Shown here: positions 29,742-40,079 of the stretch, one piece after another
Layout: each line of letters starts with the position of its first letter
How positions within the stretch are numbered: position 1 is the stretch's first letter
NCBI GenBank assembly: GCA_965305135.1
Contig: CBDLPA010000017.1
Coordinates: forward strand, 7,620 to 71,619
DNA length: 64,000 bases
Source of the DNA: an uncultured Colwellia sp.
GTDB lineage: Bacteria > Pseudomonadota > Gammaproteobacteria > Enterobacterales > Alteromonadaceae
Direction of reading: 5' to 3'
Program-made: the position numbers and the translations under genes
The notes under the pieces: model-generated
What the model was told of the DNA's origin: nothing
Database searches by the model: none
What the model saw: only the letters and a program-made list of their open reading frames with translations

Positions 29742-30734
29742 GTGGTAACAATTAAACAAGTTGCGGCACACGCAGGTTTTTTTTTTAAAACCGTGTCAAG
29801 AGTTGTTAACAAAGACCCTACGGTTAAAAAAGCCAATCAAGAAAAAATAGAACAATCTATAAAAATTCTTGGCTATCGGCCAAATAGAGCAGCCAGTTTA
29901 ACAAGAAAAAAACAATCTGGCATATTTGGGTTGATTGCTGATGAATTACTTAGTACACCTTACACATTCGATATTATACGCGGAGCACAAGACTTAGCCT
30001 GGAAACACAATAAAGAATTAATGGTGCTTAACGTCAATGAAAAGCGTTATGCAAGTGAAAAAGCAGTGGAACACCTTTTTGAACATCGTGTAGAGGGTAT
30101 AATTTATGCTTCAATGTTTCATCGAAAAATAGATCCCCCATCAGAACTCATTAATATTCCAACAATATTAGTAAACTGTAGTTCAGTTAATAATGACTTA
30201 CCCTCAGTGATACCTGATGAAATCAATGCGGCTGAAGTGTTGACTAACCAACTAATATCCAAAGGTTATAAACATATTGCCTTTTTAAATTTGAAAAAAA
30301 ATATTCTGGCTGCTCAAGGTAGAAAACAAGGCGTGATAAACGCCTTCAAAAATAACAAAATATCAATGGATAATTTATATATAGAATCTGTCGTGATAGA
30401 AACAATTGATGGTGACAAGTCAATAGCAAGAGAAGCAACTAAGCGAATAATTAACACTTTTAAACCTGATGCTATCATTTGCGGGCATGATCCTATGGCC
30501 GCTGAAGTATATTTCACTCTCCAATCTATGGGTCTGAAAGTAAAAGAAGATATAGGTATTGCAAGTTTTGATAATTGGGAGCCAATCCCTTCCTTATTAC
30601 GTCCTATGTTATCAACAATGGCATTACCCCATTACGAAATGGGTAAATGGGCAATGAATTACCTCTTAACAGGTGAACAATCACCAACGTGTCAAAAAGA
30701 AAAATTCAAATTAATTGAAAGGGAGTCATTTTAA
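29742..30734 (+). CDS. LacI-family repressor (copy A; HTH altered by a poly-T run)
   Basis: MVTIKQVAAHAGFFFKTVSRVVN...LGYRPN; close paralog of 34375..35367. Confidence 0.9.
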   Translation: MVTIKQVAAHAGFFFKTVSRVVNKDPTVKKANQEKIEQSIKILGYRPNRAASLTRKKQSGIFGLIADELLSTPYTFDIIRGAQDLAWKHNKELMVLNVNEKRYASEKAVEHLFEHRVEGIIYASMFHRKIDPPSELINIPTILVNCSSVNNDLPSVIPDEINAAEVLTNQLISKGYKHIAFLNLKKNILAAQGRKQGVINAFKNNKISMDNLYIESVVIETIDGDKSIAREATKRIINTFKPDAIICGHDPMAAEVYFTLQSMGLKVKEDIGIASFDNWEPIPSLLRPMLSTMALPHYEMGKWAMNYLLTGEQSPTCQKEKFKLIERESF

Positions 30735-30868
30735 GAGACAAATTTTACTTAAAAATAATTCTTAACTTGTAGTAGCTCAAACTTGATCTGACGTTTTTAA
30801 ATATCAGAGTTTAACAAAACCTGACAGACCAAACTAAGCTCATTACTGTCGTTAGGAACCTTTCATAG

Positions 30869-30955
30869 AACGCTAACTTTTGCCACTTTACGGACCTAAA
30901 CATTAAAACAATTACCTCCACTTTTATGTCCGCTATATTTATGGATAGCTGACAT
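30869..30955. repeat. Two short imperfect palindromes (ATGTCCGCT...AGCTGACAT family)
   Basis: 30926-30955 ATGTCCGCTAT-N8-ATAGCTGACAT; degenerate copy at 30869-30897; related copies at 49157-49278. Confidence 0.55.
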
Positions 30956-31349
30956 TAGCAGCATTTTTCTATCTCGCTTTCGCCCCCATTGCGTGATAGA
31001 AAGGTTGTTTTAGTGTTACCTAAATAATGCCACTTTCCATTAAAAACAAGAACTTCAATTCCGCGATTATGTTATTGATAATTAATTATTTTACATAAAA
31101 AACCGACATACAAGTCAACTAATTCGAAGGGCTTTATTTTGCGCTTACGGCCACGCAAACGTTTTTTACCAATTTAGTTAATATTAAAATCGTTAAGCAC
31201 TTCTGTCATTTTGCTAAACTCAGTATTATGTATTTTCATACTCTGTTTTTGGGATAGGTAGTGGTTTGGCGATTACTACCAGATCAAATTCAAAGCATGA
31301 ATTTGATTTTTTATTACTTAAGATCCAACCTATGATTAACTTTTAGATA

Positions 31350-32978
31350 TTAACGAGTTCTATACATCTTAATTAATTCATTCGTTGAGCTATCCATATT
31401 TAATATTTCTAAAGGATTGCTTATTTTAGATAATACTTTATTACCCTGCGACTTCCCTAATTCAACCCCCCATTGATCAAAAGAATTTACTCTCCAAATG
31501 ACACCTTGGACAAACACCTTATGCTCATACATGGCAATTAAACTGCCAAGAGTATTAGGGGTCAACTTTTCAAATAAAATTGTATTACTCGGTTTATTTC
31601 CCTGCATTACCTTATGAGTAGACAGCTTTTTAATTTCTGATACATCACAATTAGCTTTTTTCATCGCGGCTTTAACTTCTTCGAGGCTTTGCCCTGCCAT
31701 TAACGCCTGACTTTGTCCAAAACAGTTAGAAGCGAGCATATCATGGTGATTACCAATTTCGTGAAAAGGAAATAAAGGCATCAGAAAATCTACAGGAATA
31801 GGAGTTTTACTTTGATGGATTAGTTGATGAAAGGAGTGCTGACCATTTGTACCTTCACTTCCCCAAATTATTGGGCCAGTGTCATAAGATAAAGACTTAT
31901 TATCAAGTGAAATCGATTTACCATTACTTTCCATATCCAGCTGTTGAATGTAAGCAGGCAAACCGCGTAAGTAATGATAATAGGGCAATAACACTTGCGA
32001 TTGAGCACCATAAAAATTTCGATACCAAATACCTAATAAAGCAAGAATAACAGGCAAGTTTTTTTCTAACGGAGCATGCTTGAAATGTTCATCCATTTCA
32101 AACGCACCTTGTAAAAAGTCACGGTAATTTTCAAATCCTATCGCCAACGCCAGAGGTAAACCAATAGCAGACCAGACAGAGTAACGACCACCAACCCAAT
32201 CCCACATAGGGAAAATATTTTCTTTCTCAATACCTAGTTTTTGAGCAGCCTCTACATTAGAAGAAACACAAGCAAAATGATATTTCACTTTTTCAGATGA
32301 GGCTGTTGCAACAAACCAATCCCGTGCGGTTAACGTATTCCGTAATGTTTCCTGAGTCGTTAATGTTTTAGATGACGTTATAAACAGTGTTGTTTCAGGA
32401 TTTACTTTCGCCAGCACATCATGAATATGACAGCCATCAACATTTGCAATAAAATGGATCTGTAATTGAGATTGTTGGTAAGGTTTTAGCGCTTCTGACA
32501 TTATTTTAGGCCCAAGAAAAGACCCTCCAATGCCTATAGATACAACATCAGTAAAAGTTTTTCCTGTATAGCCTACTTTTTTACCCAATGAAATGTCATT
32601 AACAAAATGCTCTAATTTAGCAAGCGTTGTTTGTATTTGTGGCATCACATCAACACCATTAACATATACGGGCTTATTTGAAAAGTTACGTAGTGCAGTA
32701 TGTAATACTGGGCGGTTTTCAGTGGTATTGATAGCTGAGCCATTAAACATTTTGTCACGCTTATTCAATAAATCAGATGCTTCCGCCAAATTCATTAACA
32801 AGTGCATAGTTTCGTCAGTAACACGGTTCTTAGAATAATCTAGTATTATTCCAGCTGCAGAAAGAGAAAAATCATTAAAACGCTCAGTATCTTGAATAAA
32901 TAAATCACGCATTTGTATATGTATATTTTTATTATAATGATTGACGAGTGTCTTCCACTCTGGGGTGCTTGGTAACAT
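31350..32978 (-). CDS. pgi: Glucose-6-phosphate isomerase (copy B)
   Basis: Same Pgi motifs as copy A; colinear and highly similar to it. Confidence 0.95.
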   Translation of the reverse strand: MLPSTPEWKTLVNHYNKNIHIQMRDLFIQDTERFNDFSLSAAGIILDYSKNRVTDETMHLLMNLAEASDLLNKRDKMFNGSAINTTENRPVLHTALRNFSNKPVYVNGVDVMPQIQTTLAKLEHFVNDISLGKKVGYTGKTFTDVVSIGIGGSFLGPKIMSEALKPYQQSQLQIHFIANVDGCHIHDVLAKVNPETTLFITSSKTLTTQETLRNTLTARDWFVATASSEKVKYHFACVSSNVEAAQKLGIEKENIFPMWDWVGGRYSVWSAIGLPLALAIGFENYRDFLQGAFEMDEHFKHAPLEKNLPVILALLGIWYRNFYGAQSQVLLPYYHYLRGLPAYIQQLDMESNGKSISLDNKSLSYDTGPIIWGSEGTNGQHSFHQLIHQSKTPIPVDFLMPLFPFHEIGNHHDMLASNCFGQSQALMAGQSLEEVKAAMKKANCDVSEIKKLSTHKVMQGNKPSNTILFEKLTPNTLGSLIAMYEHKVFVQGVIWRVNSFDQWGVELGKSQGNKVLSKISNPLEILNMDSSTNELIKMYRTR

Positions 32979-33101
32979 ACAAGTAATATCCTAATTTTTA
33001 ATCTCAGATTAATTAGTTTTTAGCTTAAAAATAAAACCTTAAGTAATAATAAATAGCAAAAGTGTATAATTAAAAGTTCTTCGCGCTATTCAGCTCAAAA
33101 T

Positions 33102-34061
33102 TTACTTTTTTACCATAAAATGTGTGTTGTTAATTTCATCTAAACTCGGCAATGCAGTCATTGCACCAACTTTTGAACAAACCATACCGCTAACTTTTTC
33201 AGCAAACTCTACAAATCCTTTCATTTTATCTGCATATAATATGTCGATACCTGAACTATTAGCCATTTGATATAGAATAGCACCAATAAATGAGTCTCCA
33301 GCCCCCGTAGTATCTACGGCATTGATTTCATATGCTGGCACAATATATTGCTCACCATTTTGAGACACTAAACAGCCATGTTTACCGAGCGTAACAAATA
33401 TCAAACTAACACCTTTTTGATGTAAAGCATTACACGCTTCTTTTTGATCTTTAATGCCCGTAAGTAGCTCTAATTCATCGTCACTCACTTTGACTACATC
33501 TGCCATTTTCATAAAAACATCACAACGTTGTTTAAACTGCTCTATATTATCTTTCCACAAATCCATCCGGTAATTTGGGTCAAAAACAATAGTATTACCG
33601 TTTAACTTAGCTAGATTACCTGCGGCTAAATAGCTATCGAACAGGTTACCTCCTAGCAGAGCAGTTGCAGAGCCAAAATGAATAATAGAATTATCAAGTA
33701 ATGGCTCAAGCCTTGAATCCGTTAACGTTAACTGCTCATCAGCTCCTCGGTTAAAAGTAAACTCTCTTTCACCTTCATCAGCTAAAGAAACAAAAGCTAA
33801 CGTTGTAGCCGTTGAAAGAATTTGTACAAAATCTATATTTACGTTATAGCTCTTTAAGCGATCTAATAAATAAAGACCAAAAGGATCATTTCCAACAGCA
33901 CCTACAAACTCAGAATCACCTCCTAAATGCGCAATGCAGGCAGCCACATTTGCAGGCGCTCCTCCTGCCTTTTTAATAAAGTCGCAGCCTGTTTTTAAAT
34001 CTGAATTAACCTGCGTACAAACAAAGTCGATTAAGATTTCACCGATACAAATAACTTTCAT
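33102..34061 (-). CDS. PfkB-family carbohydrate kinase (fructokinase)
   Basis: GGAPANVA, FDPNYR, VKVSDDEL, DTTGAGDSF; located in the fructan locus. Confidence 0.9.
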   Translation of the reverse strand: MKVICIGEILIDFVCTQVNSDLKTGCDFIKKAGGAPANVAACIAHLGGDSEFVGAVGNDPFGLYLLDRLKSYNVNIDFVQILSTATTLAFVSLADEGEREFTFNRGADEQLTLTDSRLEPLLDNSIIHFGSATALLGGNLFDSYLAAGNLAKLNGNTIVFDPNYRMDLWKDNIEQFKQRCDVFMKMADVVKVSDDELELLTGIKDQKEACNALHQKGVSLIFVTLGKHGCLVSQNGEQYIVPAYEINAVDTTGAGDSFIGAILYQMANSSGIDILYADKMKGFVEFAEKVSGMVCSKVGAMTALPSLDEINNTHFMVKK

Positions 34062-34095
34062 GATAATCTCTATTTAATAAAAGAAGTTGATAATT

Positions 34096-34183
34096 ACAAC
34101 GTTTGTTTACTGTTAATTGATATAATCGAAGAGAAACTTCAGTTACTTCTGATTATGTCACCCCACGAATTAAACAACGTTGT
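34096..34183. promoter_or_regulatory. Two LacI-type operators (fructokinase / LacI B)
   Basis: ACAACGTTTGT variant at 34096-34106 and perfect ACAACGTTGT at 34174-34183. Confidence 0.78.
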
Positions 34184-34374
34184 CTTTTTTTATTATTAGA
34201 CTATATTGATTCAAATAGTGCAAGAGTTTTCTATATAATAGTAATATCTCATGTACACTATGTGTTGTTTAATTAAGATAAGTAACGTTAAACATAATTA
34301 AACAATAATTCATTCGCATGCGGAATATTCTGAAGTATATCTGAGCTAATTTAAAAGCTAATAAGGAAAAAAAA

Positions 34375-35367
34375 GTGGTAACCATCAAGCAAGTCGCTGC
34401 ACATGCGGGCGTGTCATTTAAAACGGTTTCAAGGGTTGTAAATAAAGATCCTACGGTTAAAGCCGTCAATCAAGAAAAAGTACTTAAAGCCATAGAAGAA
34501 CTAGGTTATCGCCCAAATAGAGCGGCAAGTATGACTAGAAGAAAACATTCAGGTGTTTTTGGTTTAATCGCTGACGAGCTTTTAGAAACACCTTTCACTT
34601 TCGATATCATCAGAGGTGCTCAAGATATAGCATGGGAACAAAACAAAGAATTAATGGTATTTAATGTTAATGAAAAACGTTTCAGTGCTGAACAAGCTAT
34701 TGAACACCTATTTGAGCATCGCGTAGAAGGCATTATTTACGCAGCTATGTATCATAGAGTCCTTGATATTCCTGATGATTTATTAAAGATCCCCGCAGTT
34801 TTGGTAAACAGCAGCCCAATAAAAGAAAATCTAGCTTGTGTAATACCTGATGAAGTACAAGCAGCAGAAACAATAACCCATTCATTAATAGCAAAAGGCT
34901 ACAAACGCATCGCTTTCTTAAACTTGAATGAAAAGATTGAAGCGGCAAAAGGAAGAAAACAAGGGGTTATCAATGCTTTTAAGCAACATAATTTACCGAT
35001 GGAAGACTTATATATTGAATCAGTTATCATCGAAGATAAAGATGGTGAAAAATCAATTACTCGTGAAGCAACTAGGCGAGTCATAAATACGTTTAACCCT
35101 GATGCTATTCTTTGCGGCCAAGATTTTATGGCCGTAGAGGTTTATTTTGTAATGCAAGCAATGGGATATGGTGTCAAAAAAGATATTGGTATTGGCAGTT
35201 TTGATAATTGGGAAAATACCCCTGAACTACTTCAACCCATGTTAACAACTATGGCATTACCTCACTATAAAATGGGACAATGGGCAATGAATTACTTACT
35301 TGCCGGACGCACTGATATCATCAAACATAAAGAACAATTCGAATTGATAGAGCGCGAATCATTTTAA
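34375..35367 (+). CDS. LacI-family repressor (copy B, canonical HTH)
   Basis: MVTIKQVAAHAGVSFKTVSRVVN...LGYRPN; sugar-binding domain follows. Confidence 0.93.
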   Translation: MVTIKQVAAHAGVSFKTVSRVVNKDPTVKAVNQEKVLKAIEELGYRPNRAASMTRRKHSGVFGLIADELLETPFTFDIIRGAQDIAWEQNKELMVFNVNEKRFSAEQAIEHLFEHRVEGIIYAAMYHRVLDIPDDLLKIPAVLVNSSPIKENLACVIPDEVQAAETITHSLIAKGYKRIAFLNLNEKIEAAKGRKQGVINAFKQHNLPMEDLYIESVIIEDKDGEKSITREATRRVINTFNPDAILCGQDFMAVEVYFVMQAMGYGVKKDIGIGSFDNWENTPELLQPMLTTMALPHYKMGQWAMNYLLAGRTDIIKHKEQFELIERESF

Positions 35368-35387
35368 TAATCAGGCTCTGATTATTC

Positions 35388-36635
35388 CTATGATGGTTTG
35401 TCTGAATTACATGCTAACGTTTGTTGGGAATTAGATAATAAAAAATAAGATATAAATGTACAAACAATGACGACACTACCTAATAGTTTATAAGAAGCGG
35501 AAAAACCGATAGTATCATATAATATACCGACGCTTCCTGATATAAATGAAGCACCTAACTGCGTAAAAACTAAAAATCCTACTAGGTAGATAGTCGATGA
35601 TAGTCGCTCATCAAAGTTGGCAGCAATGTACTTAAATAAAGCAACAAGTAAGATAGGCAACTCGATAGCGTGTAATAATTTCATTAACGAAATAAAAATA
35701 TATCCTTCCGCATAGCCAGAACCAACCATCCGGGAAGCCATAAATATACCACTTAAAATAAGACCATTTTTAGCGCCAATTTTATTCACTAAAAATGGTG
35801 CTAAAAACATTCCTCCTGCCTCAAGAAATACCTGAAACGAATTTAAATATCCATAGACAAGGTTGCCCTCTGCTTTAGTCGGAAATAACGAAGAAAAATA
35901 AATGGGAAATTGTTGGTCGTAGACCATATAAATACAGGAAACACCCATCACAAAAAATACTAATTTCCAAAAATTTGGCTGTATAAATAAGGCTATGATT
36001 TCTTTGGAATTTGGCGTAGATGACCCTTTATTATATTTCGCATTATCATTTTTTTTTGTTGATACTTTTACCAAGCAAATGATAGTAAAAAAGACAATAC
36101 CGCATACGGAACTCAACCAAAAATTATATTCCGGATTTAAATTCAACAGGGCTCCTGCAAATAAGGTAGCTAAAGCCCAACCTAACGATCCCCACATACG
36201 GGCCTTACCAAATTCGAAGCCGATGGTCCTACTAACTCGTTCAATATAGGTTTCAAGTACACCAATACCTGCACCAAATGCAATGGCGAAAATAACTGCT
36301 CCTAATATAGTTACAGTATAAAAGTAGCTATTTAATAAAGGTCCATATACATAAATAAAAAAGGGGCCCATACAGATTAAAGCGCCCCCTACAACATAAA
36401 GTAAATGTTTTTTTAAACCTAGTTTATCCTGCATAAAGCCATAAAATAGCATCACAAACAGTGCTACTAAGGCGTTAACACCAAACACAACGCCGATTTT
36501 TTCCCCTGTTAAGCCAACAACTTGGTCTAACCAAATTGAAAATAATGAAAACGAGAATGACCACGTTAAAAAAAAGCTAAAAAATGCAGCGCTCATTAAC
36601 CAATAACACAACTTATCTGTTTTCATTAAAATCAC
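35388..36635 (-). CDS. MFS oligosaccharide:H+ symporter (LacY/CscB/RafB family)
   Basis: YGFMQDKLGLKKHLL, FEFGKARMWGSLGWA, VYDQQF, QVFLEA, KLLHAIELP. Confidence 0.9.
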   Translation of the reverse strand: MILMKTDKLCYWLMSAAFFSFFLTWSFSFSLFSIWLDQVVGLTGEKIGVVFGVNALVALFVMLFYGFMQDKLGLKKHLLYVVGGALICMGPFFIYVYGPLLNSYFYTVTILGAVIFAIAFGAGIGVLETYIERVSRTIGFEFGKARMWGSLGWALATLFAGALLNLNPEYNFWLSSVCGIVFFTIICLVKVSTKKNDNAKYNKGSSTPNSKEIIALFIQPNFWKLVFFVMGVSCIYMVYDQQFPIYFSSLFPTKAEGNLVYGYLNSFQVFLEAGGMFLAPFLVNKIGAKNGLILSGIFMASRMVGSGYAEGYIFISLMKLLHAIELPILLVALFKYIAANFDERLSSTIYLVGFLVFTQLGASFISGSVGILYDTIGFSASYKLLGSVVIVCTFISYFLLSNSQQTLACNSDKPS

Positions 36636-36666
36636 CTTAGAGAACCCTAATCAATAAACGCAATCA

Positions 36667-38271
36667 TTACCAAATAGATTTAAGTTCACTTATCGTAATA
36701 TTTTCTAGGGTTATTTCACTATTAGCTTCAATATTTACCGACGAATATGGCGTAGTCGGAAAGACTATCGAGGTAATAACTGTTTCACCATCATTAACAA
36801 ATATCTCAAATGATGATGTATCAACATAAATATTAAATCGGTATTTTGATAGTCTTGGTGTCGTGATTGCTCTTTGAATATTAGCAAACTTACTATCAAA
36901 AGAAATATCTCCCGAGAGTGATCTATCGAATATAATCTCACCAGAAGTGACATCTAAATTTATTGACGTTTTTTCACCTAACTCATTATCAAATATTAAT
37001 TTAATAGAATCTGAATTTAATGGGCTTACATCAAACTTAAGTTGATGTAAGCCAACATTTTTGTTGGCACTCACCAAGCTATAGTTACTTTCACCAGAAA
37101 ATTCTTGATAAAACGCTTTTTGCTTAACAATGTTACTCAACTCGTCAACTGGTGTGGATGCAACTCTTAACCCAGCGTTAGTTTTGACTATAGTCAACGC
37201 ACGTGGAATTGTCATGGCACTACGCCACTTCTCTGTCGGCACTTGATTCGCGTATAACCAATTGCTCATCCAGCCAATAAATAGTCGACGACCATCTTCT
37301 TCCGGAACATCAGAGAAAGTGACACCCGCATAATTATCTGTGCCATAATCAAGCCACACACCACTTTCTGTAACTTCATTATTTACGGTAATAGGCTTAA
37401 CATCGTCTTCAAAATCACTTGTTAACGTAAAAGTTTTACCGTCAAAGTCACCAATAAAATATTGCGTTGCTGAGCCACCGTTTGGCCCCCCTGGGTTTAT
37501 GCTAACTAATAATGCATACTTATAGTCAGTAGTGCCTTCAATTGGCATTTTGATCAAATCAGGACATTCCCACACGCCACCATGAACACCCCATTGTTTG
37601 CCAAAATCACTTTCTAATTGCCAATCAATTAAATTTTCTGAGGAATAAAAGCCAATGTGATCCTTTTGCGCCAATACCATAACCCATTTTTCACTTTCTT
37701 GATGCCAAGAAACTTTAGGATCTCGAAAGTCTCTGATACCAGGATTTTTAAGCACAGGGTTTTGTGCATATTTCAACCAAGTTCGTCCATTATCTATACT
37801 GTAAGCAATACCCTGAGTTTGAAAATCAATTTTACCCAGCTTTTCCCTTTCGGCATTGTGATAGGTATAAATAGCCACTAGTGGTGGGTTTTCTTTAGTC
37901 CCTAATCCAGAGGTATTATTCCAATCAACTACGGCACTACCTGAAAAAATAGTTCCACGCTCATCAGGGTATAAAGCAATTGGAAACTGCTCCCAATGAA
38001 CTAAATCTTTACTAATAGCGTGGCCCCAATGCATAGGTCCCCAAATAGAATCTTCAGGATTATATTGATAAAACAAATGATATTCACCTTGATAATAAAC
38101 CATACCATTAGGATCATTCATCCAGTTATCTTGAGGGCTAAAGTGAAATTGAGGGCGATATTTTTCAGTATAGTGTGATGTATTACCACTTATATTTTCA
38201 TTGACTGGTCTCACTTCATTCATCTCACACCCACATAAAAATATTATAATTAAGAACGCAATAGCTCGCAT
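36667..38271 (-). CDS. GH32 exo-beta-fructosidase/levanase, probable lipoprotein
   Basis: WMNDPNG, FSGSAVVD, RDPKV, WECPDL catalytic motifs; lipobox LCGC. Confidence 0.95.
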   Translation of the reverse strand: MRAIAFLIIIFLCGCEMNEVRPVNENISGNTSHYTEKYRPQFHFSPQDNWMNDPNGMVYYQGEYHLFYQYNPEDSIWGPMHWGHAISKDLVHWEQFPIALYPDERGTIFSGSAVVDWNNTSGLGTKENPPLVAIYTYHNAEREKLGKIDFQTQGIAYSIDNGRTWLKYAQNPVLKNPGIRDFRDPKVSWHQESEKWVMVLAQKDHIGFYSSENLIDWQLESDFGKQWGVHGGVWECPDLIKMPIEGTTDYKYALLVSINPGGPNGGSATQYFIGDFDGKTFTLTSDFEDDVKPITVNNEVTESGVWLDYGTDNYAGVTFSDVPEEDGRRLFIGWMSNWLYANQVPTEKWRSAMTIPRALTIVKTNAGLRVASTPVDELSNIVKQKAFYQEFSGESNYSLVSANKNVGLHQLKFDVSPLNSDSIKLIFDNELGEKTSINLDVTSGEIIFDRSLSGDISFDSKFANIQRAITTPRLSKYRFNIYVDTSSFEIFVNDGETVITSIVFPTTPYSSVNIEANSEITLENITISELKSIW

Positions 38272-38272
38272 T

Positions 38273-39592
38273 TTAGTTTCCTTGTTTATGTAAAATAGAA
38301 GACATATCTTCTAACGTTCGCCCCTTAGTTTCGGGCATTAATTTGATAACAAATAGCAGTTGTAAAAACATCATCACGGCAAAAAATGTGAAGATATGAC
38401 TCGGTTGATAATGACTCAAGAAATAAGGCATTACTAAAGTAATAATGGCGGCAAAAACCCAATGTGTTCCAGAACCAAAAGATTGCCCTTTGGTACGTAC
38501 ACTATTAGGAAATATTTCAGCAATAAATACCCAAATAACAGCACCTTGGCCGATCGCATGAGCAGCTATAAAAGCAAACACAAAAAATACTACTGTTATA
38601 CCACCTGTGCCGGAAGAAAAAGCCCAAGCAACAACACTTAAAGAAATAATGTAGCCAATAGAACCTATCAGCATTAAGATTTTTCGACCCGCCTTATCAA
38701 TTAAATACACACCTAGCATGGTAAAAAACAAATTAATCAAGCCCACACCTGCTGTAGAAAGTAATGACGAGCTACTATCTAAGCCTGCCAGCTCAAAAAC
38801 GCGAGGTGCATAATAAATAATAAAGTTAATGCCTGATAACTGATTAAACATTGCCAATAAAAAAGCTAATAAAATTGGAAAGCTATAAGCTTTAGAAAAG
38901 AGCGGATCCTTTTGATGACCACTGGTATCTTGCTGAATTTCTTTGACTAATATATCCGCTTTCGGTTCGCCGAGTGAAACCATAATACTTTTGGCTTTTT
39001 CAACATTATTATCATGAAGAATTAACCAACGAGGGCTCTCAGGTGCACGTGAAATCATCATTAAATATAAGAATGCAGGAACCGCTTCTATGCCTAACAT
39101 TAATCGCCAATCTAGGTCCGATATGCCTGAAATTAAATAATTAGATAAAAATGCGATTAAGATACCAAAAACGATTTGAAACTGATAAATAGAAACTAAG
39201 CGGCCACGAATTTTAGCTGGTGCAATTTCTGAAATATACGCAGGCACAGCAATAGAAGAGATACCGACACCGACACCACCAATGAATCGCAAAATAGCAA
39301 AAGTATATGGATCTGTCGCTAACGCGGAACCAATAGCGGACAATAAATACAGTATACCAATTAATACTAAGGTTTTTTTACGCCCGAATTTATCACATGG
39401 GTAACTGCCCGATAATGCGCCAATGACGGTGCCCCATAATGCTGAAGACATGACAAACAAACCATGAAATAAAGGACTTGTTTGCCATAATTCTTGAATA
39501 GGCTGATCAGCCCCAGAAATAACAGCAGTATCAAAGCCGAATAAAAACCCAGCAACGGCAACAGTAATCGCCCAAAAAGTTACTTTATTCAA
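38273..39592 (-). CDS. Sugar porter family MFS (probable fructose transporter)
   Basis: GFLFGFDTAVISGA, DKFGRKK, AYISEIAPAKIRG, PESPRWL, NQLSGIN, PETKGRTLE. Start corrected to TTG 39592 after a GGGAG RBS; the ORF-track extension to 39784 runs across an operator. Confidence 0.92.
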   Translation of the reverse strand: MNKVTFWAITVAVAGFLFGFDTAVISGADQPIQELWQTSPLFHGLFVMSSALWGTVIGALSGSYPCDKFGRKKTLVLIGILYLLSAIGSALATDPYTFAILRFIGGVGVGISSIAVPAYISEIAPAKIRGRLVSIYQFQIVFGILIAFLSNYLISGISDLDWRLMLGIEAVPAFLYLMMISRAPESPRWLILHDNNVEKAKSIMVSLGEPKADILVKEIQQDTSGHQKDPLFSKAYSFPILLAFLLAMFNQLSGINFIIYYAPRVFELAGLDSSSSLLSTAGVGLINLFFTMLGVYLIDKAGRKILMLIGSIGYIISLSVVAWAFSSGTGGITVVFFVFAFIAAHAIGQGAVIWVFIAEIFPNSVRTKGQSFGSGTHWVFAAIITLVMPYFLSHYQPSHIFTFFAVMMFLQLLFVIKLMPETKGRTLEDMSSILHKQGN

Positions 39593-39640
39593 AATAGTAC
39601 TCCCCAAAAAGTTATTATTTATCCATACTACCGCATTTAA

Positions 39641-39650
39641 ACAACGTTGT
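39641..39650. promoter_or_regulatory. LacI-type operator ACAACGTTGT (sugar porter)
   Basis: Perfect palindrome about 50 bp upstream of the TTG start. Confidence 0.82.
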
Positions 39651-39719
39651 CTTTTATTTTTATACACGAATATTGAAAAACGAAATATTCGTGTAGTTAT
39701 GCTAATTAAATACCGATTA

Positions 39720-40026
39720 ACCAACCGTTTATATTTAGTCTGAGCACTCATGCGGAAATGTTCAAAACTCACAAAACACATCATACTGCTTCTTCATCAA
39801 GACGATTATTTGGGCAAAATTTTCTACATGCGTACTTGAGTCTATTGCTTGCTAGTCATCATTTCCGTCAATATGTAGAGTCCCACAAGTGTCGGAAGTA
39901 TATGAACCAATTTCGGCACCTTCACTGTCTAAAACTCGCATACCAACCATTTGTAAACGCGTTATCAAAACTACCTATACCCATAGTCATTGAAGCTGCA
40001 ACTTTGTTTTTTATTCGTTTATTCAA
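39720..40026 (-). pseudogene. Possible decayed gene fragment with intact operator and RBS
   Basis: Operator (40070), GGGAGAA RBS, TTG at 40026, then MNKRIKNKVAASMTMGIGSF... broken by stops and frame changes; identity unknown. Confidence 0.3.
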
Positions 40027-40069
40027 ATATTCTCCCATAACTATTAATTGTGATTTCAAACAAACATTA

Positions 40070-40079
40070 ACAACGTTGT
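40070..40079. promoter_or_regulatory. LacI-type operator ACAACGTTGT
   Basis: Perfect palindrome. Confidence 0.78.

Noticed and set aside
39860-39900. 'HLWDST' in the decayed ORF as a GH68 levansucrase WD motif
   Set aside because: A two-residue match in a broken frame is not evidence without an alignment.
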